A stretch of DNA of 64,000 bases, taken from contig JBNLCO010000004.1 of assembly GCA_050303855.1 (NCBI GenBank), positions 7,581 through 71,580 on the forward strand, written 5' to 3'. Shown piece after piece: positions 1 to 8,614 of this stretch. The translations under genes were made by a program, and so were the position numbers. The first letter of the stretch is position 1. The number at the start of each line of letters is the position of its first letter. The notes under the pieces are model-generated. The model saw only the letters and a list, made by a program, of their open reading frames with translations, had not been told where the DNA came from and did no database searches. Source of the stretch: Candidatus Pacearchaeota archaeon. Its GTDB lineage: Archaea; Nanobdellota; Nanobdellia; Pacearchaeales; GW2011-AR1.

Positions 1-174
1 AATTATGTCTCCATCAATTCTTTTTGCTTTTTGTTTGTCATAGTTGTTGTTAAAAAGTTCTTTTGCTGTTATTAGAGTTCCATCTGTAAGAGGGATTATT
101 GTATCTCCTGAGACACACTTTCCGTGATCTACATGACCACATACAGTTACAATTGGTTGACGTATCTTTTTCAT
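1..174 (-). CDS. infB: translation initiation factor aIF5B/IF-2, N-terminal fragment (continues past window start), P-loop interrupted by an intein
   Basis: My translation from ATG 174..172 is MKKIRQPIVTVCGHVDHGK/CVSGDTIIPLTDGTLITAKEL... GHVDHGK is the IF2/aIF5B G1 motif. It is followed by a Cys-initiated Hint block-A-like segment instead of the expected TTLLD. Confidence 0.75.
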   Translation of the reverse strand, partial: MKKIRQPIVTVCGHVDHGKCVSGDTIIPLTDGTLITAKELFNNNYDKQKAKRIDGDII

Positions 175-232
175 TAATTCAGAAGAAGTAATTAAGTTAA
201 AAATGTTTTGAAGATCCTAGAAAAGAATAAAT

Positions 233-302
233 GGGAGCGATGAACCGAAGTTCGTGCTCCCGACAACTTAACCGAAGTTAAGAAGATCTAACCGAAGTTA
301 GA
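233..302 (-). repeat. three tandem hairpins sharing the core AAC-UUCG-GUU (minus-strand reading)
   Basis: The core AACCGAAGTT occurs at 243..252, 270..279 and 290..299. Each copy sits in a perfect stem: GGGAGC..GAAC/GTTC..GCTCCC (233..260), CTTAAC/GTTAAG (267..282) and TCTAAC/GTTAGA (287..302). The outer stem bases differ between copies but stay complementary. Confidence 0.5.
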
Positions 303-371
303 CAATTATTGTAAGAATTTAGGGTTTATAAGGCTTTTTTTTAATTATTGTGTCGTGACAAAGTGCTAAAA

Positions 372-656
372 TTAGTAATCTGGGAGTTCTTCTTGACCGT
401 TTGAAGCTTCAGGTTCCTTTGGAACACCTTCGGATTCTAATGGGGCCATGTCTTCGTCACTTACAGACTTAATCATATCTTTGAACGCTTTAAAGTCACT
501 TGAAAGTATTCTCACTCCTGCTTTTGTAAATCCTGTATATCTATCAGAAGTTACATACTCTCTTATTGTAAGGCCTTTTCTTCCTCCAAAATCGTCCACT
601 CTGATTACTATATCTGTTGTATCATTCTTTTTTATTTTTCCTATGTCTTTTTCCAT
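372..656 (-). CDS. PC4/YdbC-like ssDNA-binding protein (putative)
   Basis: DIVIRVDDFGGRKGLTIREYVTSDRYTGFTKAGVRI..FKAFKDMI resembles the PC4/p15 coactivator fold pattern. The track start at 710 is TTG, so I prefer the ATG at 656. Confidence 0.45.
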   Translation of the reverse strand: MEKDIGKIKKNDTTDIVIRVDDFGGRKGLTIREYVTSDRYTGFTKAGVRILSSDFKAFKDMIKSVSDEDMAPLESEGVPKEPEASNGQEELPDY

Positions 657-697
657 GTTTTCATTAAAATAAGTTCTTTTATAAATTTTTGTATGTT

Positions 698-1156
698 TTA
701 TTCTAAACAATAGTTTGTGTAAGGATTAATGTATTGACTAGGATTTACTTTTATTTCAAATTGATTTGTTTTTCCCTTATTTGTTACTTTTCCGTTTTTG
801 TTTATTTTGATTTTATATGGTTCGTATTTATCGTAATAACTGTTCGTTGAGAAATCTTTTTTTATGCAAGGTCCTTTTAAGAAGTAGATTGTAGTCGATG
901 TATCGCTTGGGCTTTGGTTTATAGTTAGAATTGGTGGTTCAGGTATTTTGCTTCCAAACAGATTAAATGCGAAAGAATATATTGTGTCCTTCTTTTCCTT
1001 GTTTGATAAAATGAGGTGGTAATCTATTTTTTCTTGGGAAAAGCATTTTTCTATTGTGTATTTCTTTGTTTCCCAGAATATTGAGTCTTTATTTTGTGCG
1101 TTAAGACCTAGAGATAATCCAATTAGTGGCATTAACATCTTTGATAAAAGATTCAT
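698..1156 (-). CDS. hypothetical secreted protein or lipoprotein
   Basis: ATG start and an N-terminal hydrophobic signal-like segment (MNLLSKMLMPLIGLSLGLNA). I recognised no family. Confidence 0.5.
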   Translation of the reverse strand: MNLLSKMLMPLIGLSLGLNAQNKDSIFWETKKYTIEKCFSQEKIDYHLILSNKEKKDTIYSFAFNLFGSKIPEPPILTINQSPSDTSTTIYFLKGPCIKKDFSTNSYYDKYEPYKIKINKNGKVTNKGKTNQFEIKVNPSQYINPYTNYCLE

Positions 1157-1243
1157 TTTTTTACTTAGAGTTTGGTTTTTTTAACAATTCTTACGTTCCA
1201 ATATATACATTAATTTTTTAACTTGGGTTTTGTTATTTGAGTT

Positions 1244-2185
1244 ATGGTAAAAGGATTGAGGATTGGAAGGATTAAACTGGAGAATCCTTTATTTCTGGCG
1301 CCTATGGTAGATGTTACTGATTTGGCTTTTAGGTTGATTTGTAGGAAGTCTGGGGCTAGTATTGCTTATACTGAGATGTTACAGGCTGAGGCTTTGAAGA
1401 ATGCTTCAAATGAGAAGGCTTTGAAATTGAAAATGTTAACTAATTCCAAGGATAAACCTTTAGGAATACAGGTTACTGGAAGGAAGGTTTCTCATTTTGA
1501 GGATATAGTTCCTGAATTGAAGAAATATGATTTGGTTGATTTGAATTGTGGGTGTCCAGGGCATTTGACAATAGACCATGGATCTGGTTCTTATTTGATG
1601 AAGAGTCCAGACAAGATCGCTAAAATTATTAGGTTGTTGAGGGATAATGGTTTGACTGTAACTGCAAAGATTAGATTAGGTTTTAGTAAGAATAATGTTT
1701 TGGATCTGGCTAAGAAGATTGATGGTGCTGGAGCAGATGCTTTGACTTTACATCCTAGATTAGCTTCTCAAGGAAGAGGAGTTCCTGCTGATTGGAGTTG
1801 GTTTTCAAAAGTTAAAGATCAGATTGGAATTCCTTTGATTGGTAATGGAGATGTGTTTAAGCCTGAAGATGCGGGTAAAATTTTGGAGGTTTGTGATGGA
1901 GTTATGATTGCTAGAGGTGCAATAGGAAATCCCTTGATCTTCAAACAGACGTTAGACTATCTTAGGAAAGGAAGATATAAAGAAAATAATTACAAAGACA
2001 ATTTGAAATTATATGTGGAGTATCTTAAGATCGCTAAGAAGTATGATTTGTTGAAGATGTCTAAGGCCAAATATATTGGAGGTAAGTTTTTAAGAGGTTT
2101 TGATGGGGCTCCTGAGAAAAGAAATAAGTTTATGGGTTTGAAGAGTTTTGATAGTGTTGAGAGTTTTGTTAATGAGCTTATTTGA
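1244..2185 (+). CDS. dus: tRNA-dihydrouridine synthase (Dus family)
   Basis: LAPMVDVTDLAFRLICRK, LNCGCPG and HPR..QG motifs typical of the Dus TIM-barrel flavoenzymes. Confidence 0.85.
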   Translation: MVKGLRIGRIKLENPLFLAPMVDVTDLAFRLICRKSGASIAYTEMLQAEALKNASNEKALKLKMLTNSKDKPLGIQVTGRKVSHFEDIVPELKKYDLVDLNCGCPGHLTIDHGSGSYLMKSPDKIAKIIRLLRDNGLTVTAKIRLGFSKNNVLDLAKKIDGAGADALTLHPRLASQGRGVPADWSWFSKVKDQIGIPLIGNGDVFKPEDAGKILEVCDGVMIARGAIGNPLIFKQTLDYLRKGRYKENNYKDNLKLYVEYLKIAKKYDLLKMSKAKYIGGKFLRGFDGAPEKRNKFMGLKSFDSVESFVNELI

Positions 2186-2204
2186 GTTTATTTTATTAAC
2201 ATTA

Positions 2205-2350
2205 GGTTATGAGAAGTTGGATTCTCCCGTGAGCATGCGAGCTGGATGAGAATTCAATTTGGGAAAATCACGAGCCGAGTATTTTTCCGTTAAATTCTTG
2301 TTATGAGCCCTGACGACCGAAGGAAGGAAAGCGCAGTGGGGCTCGACACC
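2205..2350. ncRNA. unassigned structured RNA candidate (GC-elevated island between convergent genes)
   Basis: Three consecutive stem-loops: ATTCTC(2221..2226)/GAGAAT(2248..2253), GGAAAA(2262..2267)/TTTTCC(2283..2288) and GAGCCC(2304..2309)/GGGCTC(2339..2344). The last encloses a purine-rich GAAGGAAGGAAAGCGCAG. The only ORF here (2207..2392) looks spurious. Confidence 0.35.
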
Positions 2351-2354
2351 AGTA

Positions 2355-2744
2355 TTAGTTTTGAAATGGAAGTAATGCATTAGCATAATCATAAATGAAT
2401 TTCATTGCCTTTATATCTTCGATTACTCCTTTTGATTTCCTAAAATGCAATGTCCCAGTTTGATAATCATTTTGAGTTACTGGGTAAACTTTTGTTCTTC
2501 CAAGTGCAATATTGAAAAGAACCTTTTTATAATCAGTTACTCTATCTAAAATACCTGATTCTAAATCTAAGATAACCCCCTCTCTTGAAGAATAATTACT
2601 GCCATTGCTACAAGCAATTCCAGTAACTCTATAATAAACAACAAATGAACCTGCATCATCATGAGAGATTTTACCATGATTTTGGTTATTATCAAAGTAT
2701 TTCTCAATTGTATTTTTTGAATTTCTGGGGACTAATAAATTCAT
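2355..2744 (-). CDS. hypothetical protein
   Basis: 129-aa ORF with an ATG start. A TTTATAAA box lies about 30 nt upstream on the minus strand. No recognisable domain. Confidence 0.5.
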   Translation of the reverse strand: MNLLVPRNSKNTIEKYFDNNQNHGKISHDDAGSFVVYYRVTGIACSNGSNYSSREGVILDLESGILDRVTDYKKVLFNIALGRTKVYPVTQNDYQTGTLHFRKSKGVIEDIKAMKFIYDYANALLPFQN

Positions 2745-2870
2745 ACTTGAAGGAAATTAAAAGTCGTTTATAAAAGTGCCTCTTTCTTAATTTCCCTTAA
2801 CAAGCTGTACAATTGAATTCTTTTAATAGTGCATAGGATTCAAGGATATAAACCTAAATAATATAAATAA

Positions 2871-3449
2871 TTATTCAATTAAAACAATATTTTTTATAAT
2901 TACTTTTTCTTTTGGCATGTCTTGAGAATTTGTTTGAACTTTTGAGATTTTATCCACAACGTCCATACCTTCAATTACCTTTCCGAATACAGCGTATCCA
3001 TCGTCTCTTACGCCATAATTTAGGAAATCGTTGTCTTGAGTATTTATGAAAAATTGAGATGTTGCTGAATCTGCTACATAAGTTCTTGCCATTGCAAGTG
3101 TTCCTCTGTCGTTTTTTAATCCATTGTTTGACTCTAGTTTAATTGGATCTTTTGTAGGTTTTTCTTGTCCAGTTGAAGCATCAATACCTCCACCTTGGAT
3201 CATGAAACCATCAATTACTCTATGGAATATTGTGTTTGAGTAGAAATCTTCTTCAATGTATGCTTTAAAATTTTGAACTGTTATAGGAGCTTTATCTGGA
3301 TACAATTCTACGATTATGTCTCCATAGTTTGTTTCTATTTTTACTTGGTCGTTTGAACCTGATATTACATTTCCTGTCATTTTTGATATTCCGAATATTA
3401 TACCTGCTATAAGAATAAGTGTTATTAAAAAGGTTATTGATTTGTTCAT
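2871..3449 (-). CDS. cyclophilin-type peptidyl-prolyl cis-trans isomerase with N-terminal membrane anchor
   Basis: [14 protein letters not shown] and SQFFIN cyclophilin signatures. The N-terminus ([17 protein letters not shown]) is a TM or signal segment. Confidence 0.9.
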   Translation of the reverse strand: MNKSITFLITLILIAGIIFGISKMTGNVISGSNDQVKIETNYGDIIVELYPDKAPITVQNFKAYIEEDFYSNTIFHRVIDGFMIQGGGIDASTGQEKPTKDPIKLESNNGLKNDRGTLAMARTYVADSATSQFFINTQDNDFLNYGVRDDGYAVFGKVIEGMDVVDKISKVQTNSQDMPKEKVIIKNIVLIE

Positions 3450-3474
3450 ATTTGGTTAAAGAAATGTTTTGTTT

Positions 3475-3846
3475 TTAAGATTTACGATCAATTTTTCTTT
3501 GTAAAGACATTGCTATTATTATTTTTTCATTATTTTCAATGTCTATTATTGTTTCTATGCCTAAACCCTTTCCTAAAATCGCTGCTCCTTTTTTGGGTAT
3601 CTGGTGATTTTGTGGATCGTTATAGTGTAGGAGTGTAGATTCTAGTTTTCCTTCGTTTGTCTCATAAATTTTATCCACTATTTCATCTATAGAATCATAT
3701 CCATATTCTTTGTCTTTTGGCCTTATTGTTTCCCATTTTTGAGATTTAAGATTTAATCCTTCAAGTCTAAATCCAGAATTGGCCTTGTCCTTTGTTTTGT
3801 GTATTTTGTAGATATTGAATGCGGAATATTTTGGTTCAGAACTCAT
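3475..3846 (-). CDS. hypothetical protein
   Basis: 123-aa ORF starting 1 nt downstream of the uS10 stop codon (3848), on the same strand. No family recognised. Confidence 0.5.
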   Translation of the reverse strand: MSSEPKYSAFNIYKIHKTKDKANSGFRLEGLNLKSQKWETIRPKDKEYGYDSIDEIVDKIYETNEGKLESTLLHYNDPQNHQIPKKGAAILGKGLGIETIIDIENNEKIIIAMSLQRKIDRKS

Positions 3847-3847
3847 T

Positions 3848-4156
3848 TTAATCTTTCATTTCGATCTTTACATTTACAGATTTTGGTATCTGCATTCTCA
3901 TAATATGATGTAGGACTTTTTCGTTTGCTGGAATGTCAATAAGTCTCTTATGGATACGCATTTCAAATCTATCAAAAGTAGCAGTTCCATCTCCACATGG
4001 AGATTTTCTTGTAGTAACTTTAAGCTTCTTAGTAGGTAGAGGGATAGGTCCACGTACAGTTATTCCAGACTTTCTTGCAGTTTCACCAATAAAATTACAA
4101 ATATTGTTAAGTGCGTCTATATCTGTACTATTCAATTTTATTCTTACGATTGCCAT
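3848..4156 (-). CDS. rps10: 30S ribosomal protein uS10
   Basis: MAIVRIKL..GPIPLPTKKLKVTTRKSPCGDGTATFDRFEMRIHKRLIDI is canonical S10. I prefer the ATG at 4156 (102 aa) over the upstream-extended track ORF. Confidence 0.9.
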   Translation of the reverse strand: MAIVRIKLNSTDIDALNNICNFIGETARKSGITVRGPIPLPTKKLKVTTRKSPCGDGTATFDRFEMRIHKRLIDIPANEKVLHHIMRMQIPKSVNVKIEMKD

Positions 4157-4187
4157 AGTAATTTTATTGTGAAATGGTTTAAAAAGC

Positions 4188-4195
4188 TTTTTATA
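4188..4195 (-). promoter_or_regulatory. putative TATA box for rps10
   Basis: The minus strand reads CTATAAAAAG, 32-39 nt upstream of the rps10 ATG. Confidence 0.35.
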
Positions 4196-4231
4196 GGTTA
4201 AATTGTTCTTTTTTTGGAGAGGTTGATATTC

Positions 4232-5944
4232 ATGGAACCAGTATTTATTCAATTAGCAGTCATACTTTTTGCGGCTTTTATAGTTTCGTATGTAGCTAGA
4301 ATGCTAAAACAGCCAATAATTATTGGTTATATTGTTGCAGGTATTATAATTAGTCCTTTTTTGATAAAACTTGGGGCCACTACTGATGTTATTGGTATCT
4401 TCTCTCAGTTTGGTATAGCGTTTTTGTTGTTCATTGTGGGTTTACATCTTAATCCAAAGGTTATAAAGGAGATTGGGTTTCAATCTTTGATAATTGGTCT
4501 TGCCCAAATTATTCTTACTTTTGCGTTAGGTTTTGTAGTCTCGTGGCAGTTGTTGAATTTTTCCTTAGTTGCTAGTGTTTATTTGGGTATTGCTTTAGCT
4601 TTTTCTAGTACGATTATCATTATGAAATTATTATCTGATGAGCAGACATTAGATTCATTGTATGGTAAGATTTCAATAGGTATTTTGATTATCCAGGATT
4701 TAGTTGCAATTGGAGTACTTTTGGTTATTTCTTCAATGTCTTCAGGAGGGGCTCATATTGAGGGTGGTGCTTTGAGAAGTCTTCTTGGAGGGGCTGGGTT
4801 GATTGTTATTTTGTTTTTGTTTGGATTCTTCATATTGCCCAAACTTACAAGGAGTATAGCGAAATCTCAGGAATTATTGTTCTTGTTTTCTATATGTTGG
4901 TGTTTCTTAATTGCTGCCTTATTTAGTTACTTTGGGTTGTCTATTGAAATTGGAGCTTTAGTAGCGGGAGTTATTTTATCTGGAACTCCTTATAGTACTG
5001 AAATAAGTTCTAAGATTAGGCCTCTTAGAGATTTCTTTTTAATCATATTCTTTATAATATTGGGATTGAATATCCAGATCTCGCAATTGAATGCCATTTT
5101 GTTTAATGCAATTGTTTTATCTCTTTTGGTTATTGTTTTCAAGCCAATAATCTTGATGTATCTTGTTGGGAGATTCAAGTATACTAAGAGAACTAATTTT
5201 TTAGTTGGAACGACTTTGGCACAAATTTCAGAATTTTCCCTTATTATTCTAGGATTGGGTGTTGCTTTAGGCCATATTACTCAGAATGTTCTTTATACTT
5301 CAATATTGACAATGGTAATAACTATATTTTTGTCAACGTATATGATCCTTTATTCTAAGGAGTTCTACTTGAAATTATCTGGTTTTGCGGGATTATTTGA
5401 GAGGAAGAAAGTTAAGAAAGACCCTGTTCAAGGGAAGAAATATGATGCTATTTTATTTGGTTATAATAGGATCGGGTTTGGAATATTAAATGCAATGAAA
5501 GCGGCTAGGAAGAAATCTTTAGTTGTGGATTTTAATCCTGATACTATAACTAGTCTTAGTAAGTTTAAGATTCCGTGTTTATATGGGGATGTGGACGATA
5601 CTGAATTCTTGAGAGAACTGCCTTTGGACAAAATAAAAATGGCGGTTTCTACAATTCCAGATTTTGAGGCTAATTTCCTTTTAGTTGAAGAAATAAGACT
5701 TGTTAACCCTGATGCAATTATAATTGTTAGAGCTCATACAATACAGGATGCTCTTGATTTGTATAAGAAAGGTGCGAGTTACGTTCTAACTCCCCACTTC
5801 CTTGGAGGAGAATACATATCTAAGATGATAAAAGATCTTGATGTTAAGGAAAAAAAATACGAATCTGAGAAAGAGAAACACATAAAGATGCTTAATGAAA
5901 TCGCTTCACGTGGAAAAGATCATCCTTATGTAGATAAGGATTAG
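4232..5944 (+). CDS. CPA2-family cation:proton antiporter (Kef-like) with C-terminal RCK/TrkA-N domain
   Basis: About 12 hydrophobic segments, then a Rossmann GYNRIGFG region. The track start at 4214 is TTG, and the in-frame ATG is at 4232. Confidence 0.85.
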   Translation: MEPVFIQLAVILFAAFIVSYVARMLKQPIIIGYIVAGIIISPFLIKLGATTDVIGIFSQFGIAFLLFIVGLHLNPKVIKEIGFQSLIIGLAQIILTFALGFVVSWQLLNFSLVASVYLGIALAFSSTIIIMKLLSDEQTLDSLYGKISIGILIIQDLVAIGVLLVISSMSSGGAHIEGGALRSLLGGAGLIVILFLFGFFILPKLTRSIAKSQELLFLFSICWCFLIAALFSYFGLSIEIGALVAGVILSGTPYSTEISSKIRPLRDFFLIIFFIILGLNIQISQLNAILFNAIVLSLLVIVFKPIILMYLVGRFKYTKRTNFLVGTTLAQISEFSLIILGLGVALGHITQNVLYTSILTMVITIFLSTYMILYSKEFYLKLSGFAGLFERKKVKKDPVQGKKYDAILFGYNRIGFGILNAMKAARKKSLVVDFNPDTITSLSKFKIPCLYGDVDDTEFLRELPLDKIKMAVSTIPDFEANFLLVEEIRLVNPDAIIIVRAHTIQDALDLYKKGASYVLTPHFLGGEYISKMIKDLDVKEKKYESEKEKHIKMLNEIASRGKDHPYVDKD

Positions 5945-5974
5945 ATTTATATTGGTTTGATTGTTTGTTTTAAG

Positions 5975-8614
5975 ATGGTTGAGAAAAAGGGGCTAAGTCA
6001 AGAAAAAGCGGAAAAGAACTTAGAGAAGTATGGTTTTAATGAATTGAAAGATGTTCATTCTTTTTCCGCACTTAAGATTTTATACCATCAGGTAAAGGGA
6101 AACTTTATGTTTTATCTTCTTGTTTGTGCAATGGTTCTTTCATTTATTGTTGAGAAGTCTATTACTGCATATGCTATTTTGGGAGTAATTGTTCTTGTTG
6201 TAGGGATTGGTTTTTTTCAAGAGTATAAGGCTGAAAAGGTGATTAAATCTCTTAGATCTATGCTTATGCCTATTTCAATTGTAGTAAGAGATGGTGTTGA
6301 GAAGGAAATTCCTTCAAAAGAAATAGTTCCAGATGATGTTGTTGTTTTAAGAAGTGGGGAGAAAATTCCTGCTGATTGTGTTGTTTTGGAACAGGTTAAT
6401 CTTAGTGTTGATGAATCTATCTTGACTGGAGAATCAAAAGAAATAAGTAAGATTGTTTTTAAGGGTGGAAAAATCAAAGAAGAGAATTTGCTTTTTATGG
6501 GTTCATTTATTTCTCAAGGAAAGTGTGTTGCAAGGGTTGTAAAAACTGGGATGGATACTAAGTTTGGTCAGATTTCTAAGATGATTTCTAGTGCTGAGAA
6601 AGAATTACCTCTTCAGAAGAAACTTAATCATATTTCTAAGTTTATGGCAATTGTTGCAATTTTGTTTTCTATTGTAACCGGATTTGTCCTTTTATTGGGT
6701 GTTGAAATATCAAACCAGGTTATTGTTGATGCTATAATTTTGGTTATTGCTTTGGCTGTTTCTGCATTTCCCGAATCTTTACCAGTTGTTTTAGTTACCG
6801 CTTTGTCTACTGGAGCTTATAGAATGGCTAAGAAGAACGCAATAGTTAATAGAATGTCTATAATTGAAACTCTTGGAGAGACTACTGTTATTTGTTCTGA
6901 TAAGACTGGGACAATTACAAAGGGAGAGATGACTGTTAAGAAACTTTATGGAGGGGATTCTACTATTGATGTTTCAGGAGTTGGTTATGAGGGTAATGGG
7001 GATTTTTATTCAGAGGGTAGAAAGATAAATGTCTTGAAGGAAAATGTTTTTGGTTTATTAATTAAGGCTTCAGTTATATGTAATGATGCTAGAATACAAA
7101 GAACTGGAGAGGATAAACTCTATCATGTTATTGGAAGTTCTACTGAAGGAGCTTTGTTAGTTATGGCTTCAAAAGCTGGAGTTCATAGTGAAGACTTGAA
7201 ATATGAAAGGATAGAAGAAATTCCTTTTAGTTCTGAAAGAAAGATGATGAGTGTTTTTTGTAAACACGGTTCAGATAAATACGTTTTCTCAAAAGGTGCT
7301 GGAGAATATATTGTTGGCAAGTGTAAATATATACAAAAGAGAAATAATGTCTATAGGCTTACTGAAAAAGAAAGAGAGGCTCTTTTAAAGATTAATAAGA
7401 AATTTGGTAAAGATGGTTTAAGGAATCTGGGATTTGCTTATAAAAAAGTTGATTCATTTAATAAGAAAGATTTTGAAGAGGATTTGGTTTTCTTAGGTTT
7501 TACAGGTATGGAAGATTCTCCTAGAGAAGAAGTTTATGATTCTATTAGGGTTTGCCTTAAGTCTGGAATTAGTGTTAAAATGATTACGGGGGATAATAAG
7601 GAAACTGCTGTTTCTATTGCGAAACAGATTGGTCTCTCGGGGCAGGTTATGGAAGGTTCCGAATTGGATAGAATCAGTGAAAAAGAATTGGCCAAAATTG
7701 TGAAAGATATAATTATTTTTTCAAGAGTTAAACCTGAACACAAATTGAAGATTGTTAGGGCTTTGAAAGCGAATGGTGAAATTGTAACCATGACTGGAGA
7801 TGGTGTTAATGATGCTCCTGCTTTGAAAGAGGCTCATATTGGGGTTGCAATGGGGATTTCTGGAACTGATGTTTCAAGAGAGGTTTCTGATTTAATATTG
7901 AGAGATGATAATTTCTCTACAATTGTTTCTGCAGTTAAAGAAGGGAGAACTATTTTTAATAATATAAGGAAATTTGTTTCATATCAATTGTCATGTAATT
8001 ATGCTGAATTATTTATAATATTTATTGGATTACTTTTGGCCCCATTTTTAGGATGGCAGGTTCCACTTTTACTGTCTTTGCAAATATTGTTTATGAATTT
8101 GGTTACGGATGATTTGCCTGCTATAACTCTTGCTATAACACCTTCCACCAAGGATGTTATGCTTGAGAAACCGATTAAGGATAGAAAGATCTTGAATAAG
8201 TCACTTATTTATTGGTTTGTTTTATCTGGTTTCTTAATGATGATACTTTCTTTAGCTGTGTTTTATGTTACGTTTAATATCTTACATCAGGATTTTGATT
8301 ATGCTAGGACTACTGCTTTGGTAACTTTGATTTTATTGGAGATAGGTAATGCTTATAACTTCCTTTCTTTCAGAGATGGAGTTAAGATAAAGAACTTGTT
8401 ATTGAATAAGTATTTGTTCTACGCTTCAATAATTTCAATAGTGGCTACATTAGTCATAATTTATACTCCTGTTAGGAGTATATTTGGAACTGTGCATATA
8501 ACTTTTATGGATTGGGTTGTTGCATTAATCGCAACATTTGTAATGGTTTTGTTGTTTAATTTATTGAAGAATTTGAATCGAAAGAAGAAGTGGTTTGAGT
8601 TGGAGAAGTTTTAG
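5975..8614 (+). CDS. P-type ATPase, type II (Ca2+/cation-transporting)
   Basis: CSDKTGTIT phosphorylation site, TGES, PESLP, MITGDN and TGDGVNDAPALK. The ATG at 5975 is in frame with the TTG at 5957. Confidence 0.9.
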   Translation: MVEKKGLSQEKAEKNLEKYGFNELKDVHSFSALKILYHQVKGNFMFYLLVCAMVLSFIVEKSITAYAILGVIVLVVGIGFFQEYKAEKVIKSLRSMLMPISIVVRDGVEKEIPSKEIVPDDVVVLRSGEKIPADCVVLEQVNLSVDESILTGESKEISKIVFKGGKIKEENLLFMGSFISQGKCVARVVKTGMDTKFGQISKMISSAEKELPLQKKLNHISKFMAIVAILFSIVTGFVLLLGVEISNQVIVDAIILVIALAVSAFPESLPVVLVTALSTGAYRMAKKNAIVNRMSIIETLGETTVICSDKTGTITKGEMTVKKLYGGDSTIDVSGVGYEGNGDFYSEGRKINVLKENVFGLLIKASVICNDARIQRTGEDKLYHVIGSSTEGALLVMASKAGVHSEDLKYERIEEIPFSSERKMMSVFCKHGSDKYVFSKGAGEYIVGKCKYIQKRNNVYRLTEKEREALLKINKKFGKDGLRNLGFAYKKVDSFNKKDFEEDLVFLGFTGMEDSPREEVYDSIRVCLKSGISVKMITGDNKETAVSIAKQIGLSGQVMEGSELDRISEKELAKIVKDIIIFSRVKPEHKLKIVRALKANGEIVTMTGDGVNDAPALKEAHIGVAMGISGTDVSREVSDLILRDDNFSTIVSAVKEGRTIFNNIRKFVSYQLSCNYAELFIIFIGLLLAPFLGWQVPLLLSLQILFMNLVTDDLPAITLAITPSTKDVMLEKPIKDRKILNKSLIYWFVLSGFLMMILSLAVFYVTFNILHQDFDYARTTALVTLILLEIGNAYNFLSFRDGVKIKNLLLNKYLFYASIISIVATLVIIYTPVRSIFGTVHITFMDWVVALIATFVMVLLFNLLKNLNRKKKWFELEKF

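Noticed and set aside
233-260. K-turn or box C/D reading of GGGAGCGATGAAC...
   Set aside because: GATGA resembles box C, but the opposing strand lacks the required GA next to the canonical stem (it has GU), so no tandem sheared G-A pairs can form.
448-672. Antisense or shadow ORFs listed in the track (examples: 448..672, 3933..4172, 4990..5178, 6217..6477, 7534..7791, 8669..8875, 8918..9130, 9415..9672, 10302..10484, 12639..12845, 13046..13276, 14456..14713, 15508..15768, 17041..17253, 17691..18137, 19186..19368, 22447..22788, 23534..23797, 23956..24138)
   Set aside because: Each lies wholly inside a longer opposite-strand or alternate-frame ORF that has clear family motifs or better coding character. 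Their sequences are low-complexity (runs of S, F, L, I), as expected for shadow frames in AT-rich DNA.
2205-2350. Assignment of the GC-rich island as SRP RNA or RNase P RNA
   Set aside because: The purine-rich motif resembles SRP helix 8 and RNase P CR-I. However, only about 145 nt of GC-rich sequence is available between protein genes. The bases flanking any GNAR candidate do not pair as in helix 8, and no CR-IV or CR-V-like sequence follows. I left it unassigned.
2207-2392. 61-aa minus-strand ORF in the track
   Set aside because: It lies entirely in the GC-rich hairpin island between two convergent genes and overlaps the 3' end of 2355..2744. Its sequence (HCAFLPSVVRAH..) looks like a translated structured RNA. 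I treated the region as an ncRNA candidate instead.
4214-4231. Upstream TTG-extended starts used by the ORF track (4214, 5957, 10663, 20987..21946 end, 28554, 29378, 34624, 41240, 46773, 50709, 55865, 62484, 710)
   Set aside because: In each case an in-frame ATG a few codons downstream gives a product of canonical length, removes overlap with the neighbouring gene, or creates a typical stop/start junction. The extended residues match no family sequence.
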